DNA of 64,000 nt from assembly GCA_028279585.1 (NCBI GenBank), contig JANQNL010000039.1:4132-68131 (forward strand), read 5' to 3'. The DNA is from Thermoplasmatota archaeon. GTDB taxonomy: Archaea; Thermoplasmatota; Penumbrarchaeia; JANQNL01. This document shows positions 43,100-52,212 of this stretch, one piece after another. The position numbers were made by a program, and so were the translations under genes. Every line of letters begins with the position of its first letter. Positions within the stretch are counted from its first letter, which is position 1. The notes under the pieces are model-generated. The model was not told where the DNA came from. It did no database searches and saw only the letters and a program-made list of their open reading frames with translations.

Positions 43100-44695
43100 A
43101 TGGCTGTTGAGGAGAGCCGCTGGGAGAAGGCTGTACGTTTTTGGTCTATGAAGGGGACCACTGTCAGAGATGCAAAGGTTGTTGAGGAGTTGTTCTCGCA
43201 TCTGGATGATATCAAAGATGTCAAGGTACCAGACAGTGAGCTCGAGGGGCCGGACGCAGAACTTGCCAAGATGTTCGAGGACCCTGATGGACCAGATGAC
43301 ATCCATATCATGATGGAAACCGAGGCGGCAGGTCCGGAGATGCATTGTCTTCGGGATGTTGTTGAGAACGTCATCGAGGATATTGAGGTTGAGGATTCAC
43401 CTGAGGTCCGAGAGTTTCTTATGACCACCATCAAAGATGGGGACTACAACCCTCGCCGGTGGATATTGTCCCACATCCAGATATTCAATTTCGAGGACCA
43501 GGACGAGGTGTTTCAGGAGGTTCTAGAGACCGTCCTCGACGTCCATCCGAGTTTCATCAATTACATCATCGACAACAGACCGATGAAGAAGATCATGCCT
43601 ACCATTGAGAAGGCTATCACAAAGAATGATCCAGACCTCGGTTTGATCAAGAACGTATCCTACCATGGTGGGGATAAGGCAACAAAGAGGATCCTCGAAC
43701 TGCTGGTGGACAACGATATCATGCTGGGTGAAGAGTTCTTACCATGGCTTCGGGGGACCATCAAGGACGATGGACAGAGGCCACTCTCCTTGAAGCTCAT
43801 CGAGAGGATCGAGAAACGTGGTGTGGGTGTCGCGTCCGGTTATCTAGCATTCCATGATAAGAAGGCCATCAAAAGGTTCGATGAGTGGCTCGACAATGAC
43901 GAAGATTCAGATCAAAAGAGCATAGACGACCTGGTCGCTGCTTTGAAGTATACCGAGATCCCAAAGGGATTTCCTCTGGTGAAATTGCTCAAAAGGTTGC
44001 CACCTGGTCAGATAGTAAAGACCGTTAGTTATTGGGACGGCCTTGATGCAGAGGATCGAAAAGGATTGCTGCGCACCGTCGTTGATACTGCTGAAGAAGC
44101 AAAAGATAGGTTCGAAGCGTTGGAAGAGCTTGCTGTGAAGGGGTGGCTTGTTGATGATGAGGCGCGGGCGAAGAAGTATCTTGATGCGATCGAGGCAAAG
44201 CTCAAAGGTGCGGTGAAAGACCCTGCGCTCAAGGGGAAGGTAAGGTATGCCTACAGAAGCTGGACCGAACCCATCCATAGACTTGAGGTGAAGGCTGACA
44301 TGATACCGGGCCTCCAAGGTAGGGTCGAAGCATGGGTCAAGGACTACCTTCTCATGCCTTCTGTCGCTGCTCGGATCATACCGGAATGGGAGCCTCCAGA
44401 GGACCTCATCCCTGACCTGCGGAAGCGGATCCAGCGTGAGGTCAAGCTCAAGGAGAAGGACTGGGCTGAGGACCAGGAGAAGAGAAGGGAGAACCCAGAG
44501 AGATACTGGTACGATGATCGCAAGGCGTGTACTTGCAGCCTCTTTCATCTGAAGCAGGACTGGGAGCAGATGAACAAGCTTGCCAAGAGGATCGGTGGGT
44601 TGGGGAAGACGCGGAAGAGGATGAAGGAGCTTATGGGGCTCAAGTACTATGAGGTGCTGAGGGAGATCACTGATGGGCATGAGCCTAAGTTATGA
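43100..44695 (+). CDS. Hypothetical protein (531 aa), helical-repeat-like, acidic N-terminus
   Basis: ATG 4 nt after the stop of the V4R-like gene; the track's longer 42884 start overlaps that gene. No motif recognised. Confidence 0.5.
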   Translation: MAVEESRWEKAVRFWSMKGTTVRDAKVVEELFSHLDDIKDVKVPDSELEGPDAELAKMFEDPDGPDDIHIMMETEAAGPEMHCLRDVVENVIEDIEVEDSPEVREFLMTTIKDGDYNPRRWILSHIQIFNFEDQDEVFQEVLETVLDVHPSFINYIIDNRPMKKIMPTIEKAITKNDPDLGLIKNVSYHGGDKATKRILELLVDNDIMLGEEFLPWLRGTIKDDGQRPLSLKLIERIEKRGVGVASGYLAFHDKKAIKRFDEWLDNDEDSDQKSIDDLVAALKYTEIPKGFPLVKLLKRLPPGQIVKTVSYWDGLDAEDRKGLLRTVVDTAEEAKDRFEALEELAVKGWLVDDEARAKKYLDAIEAKLKGAVKDPALKGKVRYAYRSWTEPIHRLEVKADMIPGLQGRVEAWVKDYLLMPSVAARIIPEWEPPEDLIPDLRKRIQREVKLKEKDWAEDQEKRRENPERYWYDDRKACTCSLFHLKQDWEQMNKLAKRIGGLGKTRKRMKELMGLKYYEVLREITDGHEPKL

Positions 44696-44699
44696 GTGA

Positions 44700-45010
44700 A
44701 GAATTGAGACGATCAGTTTTCTCCGTCGTCCAGTGACGCATCGAAAACTGCCGGTCACAACCTCGCACGATCGTCAATGAGAAACGAGTGCGGGTAGTGA
44801 CTCTTCGTTTCCCCCCATCAACAGATGGAAGAATAAGAATGGGGGGAAACGAAGAGTTCGGGGCCTTCCGCTTCCACCCCCGTTGTTTGCGGGTCGGACC
44901 GCTTTTGACTTTGGGAAAAGTCGGTAATACCGGTTGGACCACAGGAAATGATCCAAGCACATAGTTCTACAGATGGTTCTTATATTTTCTTAGCAAAGTA
45001 TTAAGAACAC
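44700..45010. ncRNA. Candidate structured RNA or element, unassigned. Includes a perfect 18-bp hairpin (44800-44817 / 44840-44857, 22-nt loop)
   Basis: A 318-bp gap between convergent genes in an otherwise gap-free genome. ACTCTTCGTTTCCCCCCA pairs with TGGGGGGAAACGAAGAGT. Further short stems: GACTTT-GGGA-AAAGTC at about 44907-44922 and CGGT-AAT-ACCG at about 44922-44932. Confidence 0.3.
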
Positions 45011-45013
45011 TGG

Positions 45014-45307
45014 TCACTCGGCCAGGGTGAAGAGCCGGTCATCACCGCCGACATCAAAAAGACCGAATCGAGCTCCAGCGTCCAACCAACCATGGGCATA
45101 ATTGACGCATCCGAAGGCGTTGACATGGTCGCCCTCCTCGTAGAAATGCTTCCCATCCTCGTAGTAGGTCCTGGCCATGAGCATGAAGTCCTCGGCGACC
45201 TTCCTCATATGAGACTTCTCGGGGGCGATTATCTGTGCTTTGTCGAGCGCTTCCTTTGTAATTGATAGATAGCGTTCGATATGCTCCTTTGTCAGTTCTG
45301 TTCTCAT
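45014..45307 (-). CDS. DUF357-family protein
   Basis: 'YYEDGKHFYEEGDHVNAFGCVNYAHGWLDAGARFGLF' matches the DUF357 pattern (..A..Y..GWLDAG...G). ATGA overlap with the herA-like gene. Confidence 0.6.
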   Translation of the reverse strand: MRTELTKEHIERYLSITKEALDKAQIIAPEKSHMRKVAEDFMLMARTYYEDGKHFYEEGDHVNAFGCVNYAHGWLDAGARFGLFDVGGDDRLFTLAE

Positions 45308-46845
45308 TCTTCTTCCTCCTTGTCAGAGAATAGGTCTATCTCGGGACATTCCTCCGGTTCGTCAGGTAGGACGTCCACAGAACGTCCTCCATGCCTTGAC
45401 TCGCGGACTCGGATGTCCACGAAGATGGGTCTTGCTACGGAACCCCCTACGACTATGGCAACCCCAACTGGTAGTCGCTGTACTTCCTTGGCCATAACGG
45501 GGGTGAGGCCTTCGACGGAAGCGACAACTGCTTTGAGGTCGTTGGGGTTGGTAACTTTGAGGATGACCTGGGTCCCACACTGGGATAGGACGTTCTTGTC
45601 CACTTTAGCAGGTCTTTGGGAAACTATACAGAGGCCGAGACCGAACTTACGACCTTCTGAAGCGAGGGTCCTGAAGATCCTGTTGGTCAGGGAGGCTTCA
45701 GTCTGGGGGCAGTAGTTGTGGGCCTCTTCGACCACGAGCATGAATGGAGGGATGCGCCCTGCTTTTCGAGCTTCGAACAGGTCCTTGCCAAGCTGTGTGA
45801 CGGCCACCTGCTGCATCTGCGCTGGGGCGCCACGCATGTTCAGGACCGAGACCTGGCCTTTCTTGATCAGGTCCTTGACCCGGGTTGGGTCTTCGGAGAA
45901 AATTCCCATGGAGTCTATGTGCTCCAGGGAGTTGATGATGGACCACTTGAGGTTGTTCTTCTCAAGCTCCACGGTGTACATGACATCGCGGAGGGTGTAG
46001 TAGGGGCGAGCTGATCGGAGCCTGTCCACGGATCTCCAGATGATACCAGCATGCGGGCCTGTGGATTTGAAGCCTGCAAGCTCCGCAAGCTCCTCGGGGG
46101 AAAGGCCGATGGCGTCGAGCGTGAATGGCAAGGCATCGGGATTATCGGCCTGGGAGAGGGCGTATTCCTTGATCACGTTGCTGTATCCTTTCGGTTTGAT
46201 GTCGTACTCGGACATCTGTCTGCAGTCGGTCTGGTCAAGGTTGGGATGCATGAGGCTCGTATACTCACCGTGCGGGTCGATGACGAGTGCAGAGACGCCG
46301 CGCTTGGCGAACTCCTCGAGGAGAACTCCAACGACGTATGACTTACCGGACCCGGTCATCGCAATGACCGAAAGGTGACGCTGGACCAGCTTGTTCAGGT
46401 CAAGGCTGACCTTGATGTCGTGGCCCTCGATCTTTCCAATGTAAGCCGACCGTTCCTCCGGTACTTCCAGGCCAAGGATCTGCTTGACCAGGTCATCCGG
46501 GGCTTTGAGTACCGGTGAGCCTGGATGGAACGGTGTGGAAGGGGCTCGGAGAACACCTCGCTCGTCATGAAAACCAAGGACATTGACAACAGCTGCAGAC
46601 TTCTCACCGATGTTCACGTCCATGCCCATGGAGATGGAATGAGCCTTATCGAAAGTTAGGTCTGATGAGGTCTCGATCTCTATGACCTGGCCGAGGACAG
46701 GGCCGTGGAGCTCGTGCTCGACGACGACATACTCTCCTCTGACAGGACTGTCCTGGGATAGGGCTACCTTGAACTCCTGTGTGGAGACGGTGCCGTAGAT
46801 GACGCCGATAGGGCTTTGTTCATCCTCCAGAACGTTCACTGTCAT
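45304..46845 (-). CDS. HerA/DUF87-type ATPase
   Basis: Walker A 'IAMTGSGKSYVV', Walker B 'LVVEEAHNY', 'SEGRKFGLGLCIVSQRP', and an N-terminal barrel-like region. Confidence 0.8.
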   Translation of the reverse strand: MTVNVLEDEQSPIGVIYGTVSTQEFKVALSQDSPVRGEYVVVEHELHGPVLGQVIEIETSSDLTFDKAHSISMGMDVNIGEKSAAVVNVLGFHDERGVLRAPSTPFHPGSPVLKAPDDLVKQILGLEVPEERSAYIGKIEGHDIKVSLDLNKLVQRHLSVIAMTGSGKSYVVGVLLEEFAKRGVSALVIDPHGEYTSLMHPNLDQTDCRQMSEYDIKPKGYSNVIKEYALSQADNPDALPFTLDAIGLSPEELAELAGFKSTGPHAGIIWRSVDRLRSARPYYTLRDVMYTVELEKNNLKWSIINSLEHIDSMGIFSEDPTRVKDLIKKGQVSVLNMRGAPAQMQQVAVTQLGKDLFEARKAGRIPPFMLVVEEAHNYCPQTEASLTNRIFRTLASEGRKFGLGLCIVSQRPAKVDKNVLSQCGTQVILKVTNPNDLKAVVASVEGLTPVMAKEVQRLPVGVAIVVGGSVARPIFVDIRVRESRHGGRSVDVLPDEPEECPEIDLFSDKEEEE

Positions 46846-46850
46846 GGGAC

Positions 46851-47471
46851 CTATTCAATCGGGTTGTCGGAGTGAATACTTTTCCCTACCTCGATGATGA
46901 ACATGTCCTCGAAGAAGACCCTGTGAGACTTGACAATACTGCTGCCGAGGCCATGGTCGAACATCCATTTGTTGAACTCATCGTTCCTTGCAAGAGAGGA
47001 TGTGACTATCAGGACCTTCCCTTTCATCCCAACCCGGGACACTGCTTCTTCGAGGAATCGCTCATAGATCTCCGTCCCGCTTACTCCACCTACTAGTGCT
47101 TGATCCATGGGGTCGGATGAATCTCCATCCGCGGGCAGGTAGGGGCCATTGAACAGGATGATGTTGAAAGGTCCAGGAACGTTCTCGAACAGGTCTGACT
47201 GGATGATCTTGGTCACTACACCATTCCTCGCGGCATTGGCCTGCGTACATGCTATGGCCTGCTCATTGATGTCGGCCTGTGTCACCTTAGCACCCTGCAG
47301 TGAACAGAAGATCCCGAGGGCTCCGGTCCCACAACCCATGTCCAGGACGCGTTTTCCTTCCAGCTCGAACGTATCCAGTACCTCGAGCATCAGGAACGTG
47401 TCCTCAGCGGGCTTGTATACCCATTCGCATTCCTGAATGTCCAGACCGAACGCTTCACAGGAGTGTCTCAC
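46851..47471 (-). CDS. HemK-related (Mtq2-like) N5-glutamine methyltransferase
   Basis: 'VYKPAEDTFLMLE', the SAM motif 'VLDMGCGTGALG', and 'FNIILFNGPYLP' (NGPY where NPPY is expected). GTGA overlap with xseB. Confidence 0.7.
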   Translation of the reverse strand: MRHSCEAFGLDIQECEWVYKPAEDTFLMLEVLDTFELEGKRVLDMGCGTGALGIFCSLQGAKVTQADINEQAIACTQANAARNGVVTKIIQSDLFENVPGPFNIILFNGPYLPADGDSSDPMDQALVGGVSGTEIYERFLEEAVSRVGMKGKVLIVTSSLARNDEFNKWMFDHGLGSSIVKSHRVFFEDMFIIEVGKSIHSDNPIE

Positions 47472-47722
47472 TCCTCTTCGCCTCCGACATCGCTTTCGGG
47501 ATGGCTTTCAATGGACAGGTCCGTTCCCTTGCCTGAGAGCACGGAGATCTTGGTCCTTGCATCGTCGAGCATGCCTTGGCAGGTCTTGGCGTGGGCTCTT
47601 CCTTCAGCGTAGGTTTCCAACGCCTGCTGCAGGGTGAGCTCTCCGCTCTCGAGCCTGTCTACAGCATCCTTCAGTGCGTCCAGCTCCTTTTCGAAGCTCT
47701 TTTCTTCACTCATCTTTGTCAC
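47468..47722 (-). CDS. xseB: Exodeoxyribonuclease VII small subunit
   Basis: 'FEKELDALKDAVDRLESGELTLQQALETYAEG' is the XseB signature. Confidence 0.85.
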   Translation of the reverse strand: MTKMSEEKSFEKELDALKDAVDRLESGELTLQQALETYAEGRAHAKTCQGMLDDARTKISVLSGKGTDLSIESHPESDVGGEEE

Positions 47723-48974
47723 CTTCTTTTTTGAGCTTGATACGAGAGACCTTTGCCTCGGCCTCGCCGTCTGTGAACATTATTTCGATATCATCATTAG
47801 TAGCAAGCTCCCCAGCCTTGCCGACGACCGCATCCTGCTTGGTAACTATCGCATAGCCTCTGTCCAGGACCTGTAGCGGAGCAAGGTCGTCGAGCCTCTG
47901 GGAAAGTCTTGCCAGGTCTGTCTCGGCACAGTCCAGGACAGTAACCATGGCCGTGTCCATCTGCTTCTTCGTCCGTTCGAGTTCCGCTGTCTGGTCATGG
48001 ATCCTTTGGGAGGGGGAGAAGCTCTCGAGCAAGCGAAGGTCATTGGCTACCTCGTCCTCCAACGCCTCGAGCCTTCGGACCATTATCTCATCCATTGTCC
48101 AGAGGATATCGTCGAGCTGTTGGAGCTCATCCTCAAGAACAGGGACAACTACCTCTGCAGCTGCACTTGGTGTAGGGGCACGGTAATCAGCTGCGTGGTC
48201 GCAGATGGTAACATCGGTCTCGTGACCAACACCGGAGACCACAGGGAACGAGGTCGCTCTGATCGTCCTGGCCAGGCACTCCTCGTTGAACGCCCAAAGG
48301 TCCTCGAGGCTTCCTCCACCACGAGAAACAATGGCTACGTCGATCTTCTTTCCTCCGGTCAAGGTCGGCAGGTGCTCGAGCCGTTCCAACGCTTCGCAGA
48401 TCGTTCCAGCAGCTCCATTGCCTTGGACGTAGGCTGGGGAGATGATGACCTCGGCCACGGGCCATCTACGCTTCAGGACGTTCAGGATGTCTCGTAAAGC
48501 CGCAGCTTGAAGCGAGGTCACCACCCCGATCGTCATGGGCATCTGGGGGATCTCTCGCTTAACGGCTGTATCGAAGAGGCCTTCCTTCCGGAGCTTATCC
48601 TGCAGCTTTAGGAACTCTGCATAAAGAGTGCCAAGCCCATCGGGTTCCATCTCTGTGACAAGGAGCTGGTACTTCCCTTTGTCCTTGTAGACGGTCACAT
48701 TCCCGTAGGCGATGACTCCCATCCCGGTCTGGACATCGAACTTCACCTTGGATGCACTGGATGCGAACATGACACATGGAAGTTCTGCGTCCTCGTCCTT
48801 CATGGTGAAATAGAAATGACCAGCAGATGAGGCGGTGAAGTTCGATACCTCACCTCTGACCTTGATGCCTTTGAGCTTCGGGTCGGTCTCCAGCTTCTGT
48901 TTGATGAGGTCTGTTATTGACCCGACAGAAAGCACCGGCGACTCCGGCATCTCGACCAGTTGGAGCTGCTTCAT
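47706..48974 (-). CDS. xseA: Exodeoxyribonuclease VII large subunit
   Basis: N-terminal OB fold 'VRGEVSNFTASSAGHFYFTMKDE', 'IGVVTSLQAAALRDI', 'VSRGGGSLEDLWAFN', and a long C-terminal coiled coil. Confidence 0.88.
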   Translation of the reverse strand: MKQLQLVEMPESPVLSVGSITDLIKQKLETDPKLKGIKVRGEVSNFTASSAGHFYFTMKDEDAELPCVMFASSASKVKFDVQTGMGVIAYGNVTVYKDKGKYQLLVTEMEPDGLGTLYAEFLKLQDKLRKEGLFDTAVKREIPQMPMTIGVVTSLQAAALRDILNVLKRRWPVAEVIISPAYVQGNGAAGTICEALERLEHLPTLTGGKKIDVAIVSRGGGSLEDLWAFNEECLARTIRATSFPVVSGVGHETDVTICDHAADYRAPTPSAAAEVVVPVLEDELQQLDDILWTMDEIMVRRLEALEDEVANDLRLLESFSPSQRIHDQTAELERTKKQMDTAMVTVLDCAETDLARLSQRLDDLAPLQVLDRGYAIVTKQDAVVGKAGELATNDDIEIMFTDGEAEAKVSRIKLKKEGDKDE

Positions 48975-49048
48975 CTTTGGTTCTCCGTGGGTTGGGAGAG
49001 TGTGTCAATGTGTATAATATCCATCGATAGCTGAAGCTCGACCTATCA

Positions 49049-49161
49049 TGGTCCCGACTCCCGGACTCGAACCGGGGATAAACGGATATCAGCGACGGTA
49101 ACCGGGTCAAGCCCGGGTACCACACTACAGTCCGCCGCCGTAGCCGCTAGGCAAAGTCGGG
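49049..49161 (-). tRNA. tRNA-Tyr: tRNA-Tyr (anticodon GUA) with a 37-nt intron after position 37 and an encoded CCA
   Basis: Folded by hand. Acceptor CCCGACU/AGUCGGG (C1:G72, A73), D arm GCCU-AGCGGCUA-CGGC, anticodon stem GCGGA/UCCGU, loop CU-GUA-G | intron | A, variable loop UUAUC, T arm CCCGG-UUCGAGU-CCGGG. Exons total 73 nt plus CCA. The intron occupies 49086-49122. Confidence 0.85.
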
Positions 49162-49223
49162 TACAAGTAGACCCACTGGGTCCGAGTGACCACAATAGGG
49201 AGGCATTATTTAACGATTTTTAT

Positions 49224-50168
49224 TCAGTCGCGAATGCCATCCTCCATAACGGTAATGACCGCTTCGCCGTCTGGAAGGTTCGGAGAATCGATAAGGCGAC
49301 AGATCCTCTTGCCTGCCTTGCTCTTCCTCAGATAGATCCTGAAAGTGGCTGTGTGGGCGAGCACGTGGCCGCCTGTTGGCCTGTTGGGATCTCCGAAGAA
49401 CGCATCCGGTTTTGCATGGACCTGGTTGGTCACTACAATGGCTGCATTGTGGATGTCTGCAAAGCGCAGGAGGTCGTGCAGATGCTTGTTGAGCTTCTGC
49501 TGCCTGTCGGCAAGCATACCTCGTCCGAGGTACTCTGCCCTGAAGTGGGCCATGAGAGAATCCACGATGAGAAGCTTGATGGGGAACTGCTTGGCCACTT
49601 CGTTGACCTTGTCCATCAGAAGCATCTGATGGTTGGAGTTGTATGCCCTGGCCACATGGATGGTCTTGAGCACGTCGGTGGGTTCCATATCGATGCCCCT
49701 GGCCATCTGTGCTATCCTTTCTGGCCTGAACGTGTTCTCTGTGTCCAAGATGATGGTGTGAGCATTGAGCCCTCCATCCTCGACCGGGAGCTGGCAGTTC
49801 ACAGCAAGCTGAAGACCGATCTGTGTCTTTCCGGAGCCGAACTCCCCGAACAGCTCGGTTATGGCCTGGGTCTCTACCCCGCCGCCGAGCAGTTCGTCCA
49901 GGTTCTTTGAACCTGTGGTCAGCTTGTTTATCTCTTTCCTCTTTTCGAGCAGGACGTCGCCTGTCTCGAAGGCTCCGACATCGGCTTCCTTCCTTGCCGC
50001 GTTGATGATCTTAATGGCTGATGCTTCCCCGATGTCTGCTGATTCGGATAACTGGGACGGGGAGGCCACAGCTATTGCCATCAGATTGTCGAAACCGGCG
50101 TCCTTGAGCTTTTCTGCGGTTGAGGGACCTACGCCGGGGAGGTCCTCAAGGGATATTTCGTCGGACAT
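49224..50168 (-). CDS. radA: DNA repair and recombination protein RadA
   Basis: HhH '[20 protein letters not shown]', Walker A 'GEFGSGKTQ' and '[15 protein letters not shown]'. Confidence 0.93.
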   Translation of the reverse strand: MSDEISLEDLPGVGPSTAEKLKDAGFDNLMAIAVASPSQLSESADIGEASAIKIINAARKEADVGAFETGDVLLEKRKEINKLTTGSKNLDELLGGGVETQAITELFGEFGSGKTQIGLQLAVNCQLPVEDGGLNAHTIILDTENTFRPERIAQMARGIDMEPTDVLKTIHVARAYNSNHQMLLMDKVNEVAKQFPIKLLIVDSLMAHFRAEYLGRGMLADRQQKLNKHLHDLLRFADIHNAAIVVTNQVHAKPDAFFGDPNRPTGGHVLAHTATFRIYLRKSKAGKRICRLIDSPNLPDGEAVITVMEDGIRD

Positions 50169-50348
50169 TCCGAGTCACCACTGGGGGATTCATTGAATGT
50201 GATATATATATGACCCTAGGGGGTGAGTGAAAGTGCGGATGTGGACCGCACCCGTTTTGCAGGTACATCAACCGGTCGCAAAAGCAAGCGAGCTGATCCT
50301 TCCTATGTTCATCGACCGGTGGCAGTTGCAAGAAAGCTAACTTAGAAT

Positions 50349-51170
50349 TTATTTATTAGCTCGCTTAGTAAGCAACTCCACTGACTCCTCTTCCACAACG
50401 GACATGCTGGCTGGAACTATGATACAGTGCATGGGGGCTCCGAAATCGTAGGATAGAAGCTCGCCGACCGTGCCGGTCACCACTGTCTGGCCATCGTCCC
50501 CGATCCTTGCAAGCCCTATGGCGAACGTATCCGTGGAGAATGCATCCGTACCGATCTTGTCGGCCATAGCGAGCATCTGTTCCAGACCCTGGTTCACGGT
50601 CATGAACCTGTGCTGCTCCGCCTTGATGTCAAGGAGCACAAGGGTGTGAAGGTCTGCATCCTTGTTCTTGATGAGGCCTTCGATCGGCGAGGTGGGCTCG
50701 AAGTTAGGTTCGGGGAAGGGAATCGTGACCGTTCTGCCGAACTTGTAATGAGATAGACCAGAAGCTGAAACTGCGGCCGAAAGGATGGAAACCCCAAAGA
50801 CCATCTTCGTCTGGTATCCCTTCTCCTTCGCAGCTACCAATAGATGGATGTGTGTGGTCGCAGAGAGGGCATCGCCTGAGGTCAGGAAAGCAACCGTTGC
50901 ACCCATCTGGGCCTCGGCCGCCTCGTCAAGGACCTTCAAGGGGAGTTCCACGTCCTCAACGGAGTGTCGTGAGAGGAACTGGGGCTTCCTACCGACCTGT
51001 CTTTCTATCTGCTTGATGGTGTTAGGATGAAGTGAAGCTGTATACTCCTCAGCGTAGATCACATCGCTCTCCTTCATGGCCTTTATTGCCTCTAGAGTAA
51101 GGTACCTACCAGTGCCCAATCCTGCGCCGATAAGTATAAGTCTGCATATTTTCTTATCAATATCTGACAT
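50349..51170 (-). CDS. dphB: Diphthine synthase
   Basis: 'LILIGAGLGTGRYLTLEAIKAMKESDVIYAEEYTS', 'VAFLTSGDALSATTH'. Start moved to the ATG at 51170; the upstream extension is antisense to trm5. Confidence 0.85.
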   Translation of the reverse strand: MSDIDKKICRLILIGAGLGTGRYLTLEAIKAMKESDVIYAEEYTASLHPNTIKQIERQVGRKPQFLSRHSVEDVELPLKVLDEAAEAQMGATVAFLTSGDALSATTHIHLLVAAKEKGYQTKMVFGVSILSAAVSASGLSHYKFGRTVTIPFPEPNFEPTSPIEGLIKNKDADLHTLVLLDIKAEQHRFMTVNQGLEQMLAMADKIGTDAFSTDTFAIGLARIGDDGQTVVTGTVGELLSYDFGAPMHCIIVPASMSVVEEESVELLTKRANK

Positions 51171-52203
51171 GTTGACCAACTGCGCCAAGGTGCCCCGCCA
51201 GCATGGCGAGGATTGTAGGGTTGCCCTACTGGAAAAGGGCCAGCTTAACCCGGACCTGAAGATAGATAGGGACAACGATTATATCTACATTCCCATAACT
51301 GTGGACGAGGTCGACAGGTCGCTCAAAAGGCAGTTCAAATTGGAACTGACCAAGTTCGATTTTCTGGAGCTTGAGAAGGAGCCGAAATCCTACAAGGAGA
51401 TCGTAGAGATCCCCGACAACCTCCGCGAGCTTCTCCCATCCAGCTTTGATGTCATCGGCAACATCGCCATCATCAAGATACCGGATGAGCTCCATGATCA
51501 CAAGGAGGCCATCGGTAAGGCCGTCATGGCGGCAAACAAGTCTTGCGCTTCAGTGGCCATGGACAAGGGTGTCGAAGGGGACCTGCGCATTAGAAACCTT
51601 GAGACCATCGCAGGCCGGACGATCTCCGAGACCACTCACAGAGAGTACGGGATGGACTTCCTCCTGGACCCCTCCAAGGTCTACTTCTCCCCAAGACTTG
51701 CCACAGAAAGGCACAGGCTCACAGAGCTTGTCCAGGATGGGGAGATAGTCACAGACATGTTCACTGGCGTTGGACCATTCGCCATCTCTTTGGCCATGAC
51801 CGGATTGGTGGAGCACGTCTTCGCCATCGACCTCAACGAGGACGCCATCGATTATCTGAAGCAGAACATCGACCTCAATGGCGTTGACAGGATAGTCGAG
51901 CCGGTGTATGGAGATGCCAAGTTCGTGGTCACAAGCCTGGAGCCCGCTGACAGGATAGTCATGAACCTGCCTCACTCTGCTTTCGACTTCATCGAGGAGG
52001 CCATCCACGGGGTAAAACCTGGCGGTGTCATCCACTACTACGAGATAATGGAGGATGACAAGCTCGAGGACAGGCTCGACGAGATAATGGACATCGCCGA
52101 ACAGAGGGCATATGCCAATCTCGAGGTGGAGGACGTGGTGGAGGTCAGGACGTATTCTCCGACCCAGAAGCATTTTGCTGTGGACCTCCGCGTCATCAAG
52201 TGA
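51169..52203 (+). CDS. trm5: tRNA (guanine37-N1)-methyltransferase Trm5
   Basis: 'VYFSPRLATERHRL', 'VTDMFTGVGPFAISLA', 'MNLPHSA'. Start moved to the ATG at 51169. Confidence 0.85.
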   Translation: MLTNCAKVPRQHGEDCRVALLEKGQLNPDLKIDRDNDYIYIPITVDEVDRSLKRQFKLELTKFDFLELEKEPKSYKEIVEIPDNLRELLPSSFDVIGNIAIIKIPDELHDHKEAIGKAVMAANKSCASVAMDKGVEGDLRIRNLETIAGRTISETTHREYGMDFLLDPSKVYFSPRLATERHRLTELVQDGEIVTDMFTGVGPFAISLAMTGLVEHVFAIDLNEDAIDYLKQNIDLNGVDRIVEPVYGDAKFVVTSLEPADRIVMNLPHSAFDFIEEAIHGVKPGGVIHYYEIMEDDKLEDRLDEIMDIAEQRAYANLEVEDVVEVRTYSPTQKHFAVDLRVIK

Positions 52204-52212
52204 GGTGGAGCT

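Noticed and set aside
44700-45010. Assignment of the structured spacer as SRP RNA or RNase P RNA.
   Set aside because: SRP helix-8 logic (5' stem, GNAR loop, then G..AGCA) is not met: the minus strand reads GGAAGC-GGAA-GGCCCC, which is the wrong order. The RNase-P-like strings GGAAAAGUCGG / GGUAAUACCGG / CCACAGGAAAU lie within about 100 nt of the next gene, leaving no room for the rest of the RNA. Only a covariance-model search can settle this.
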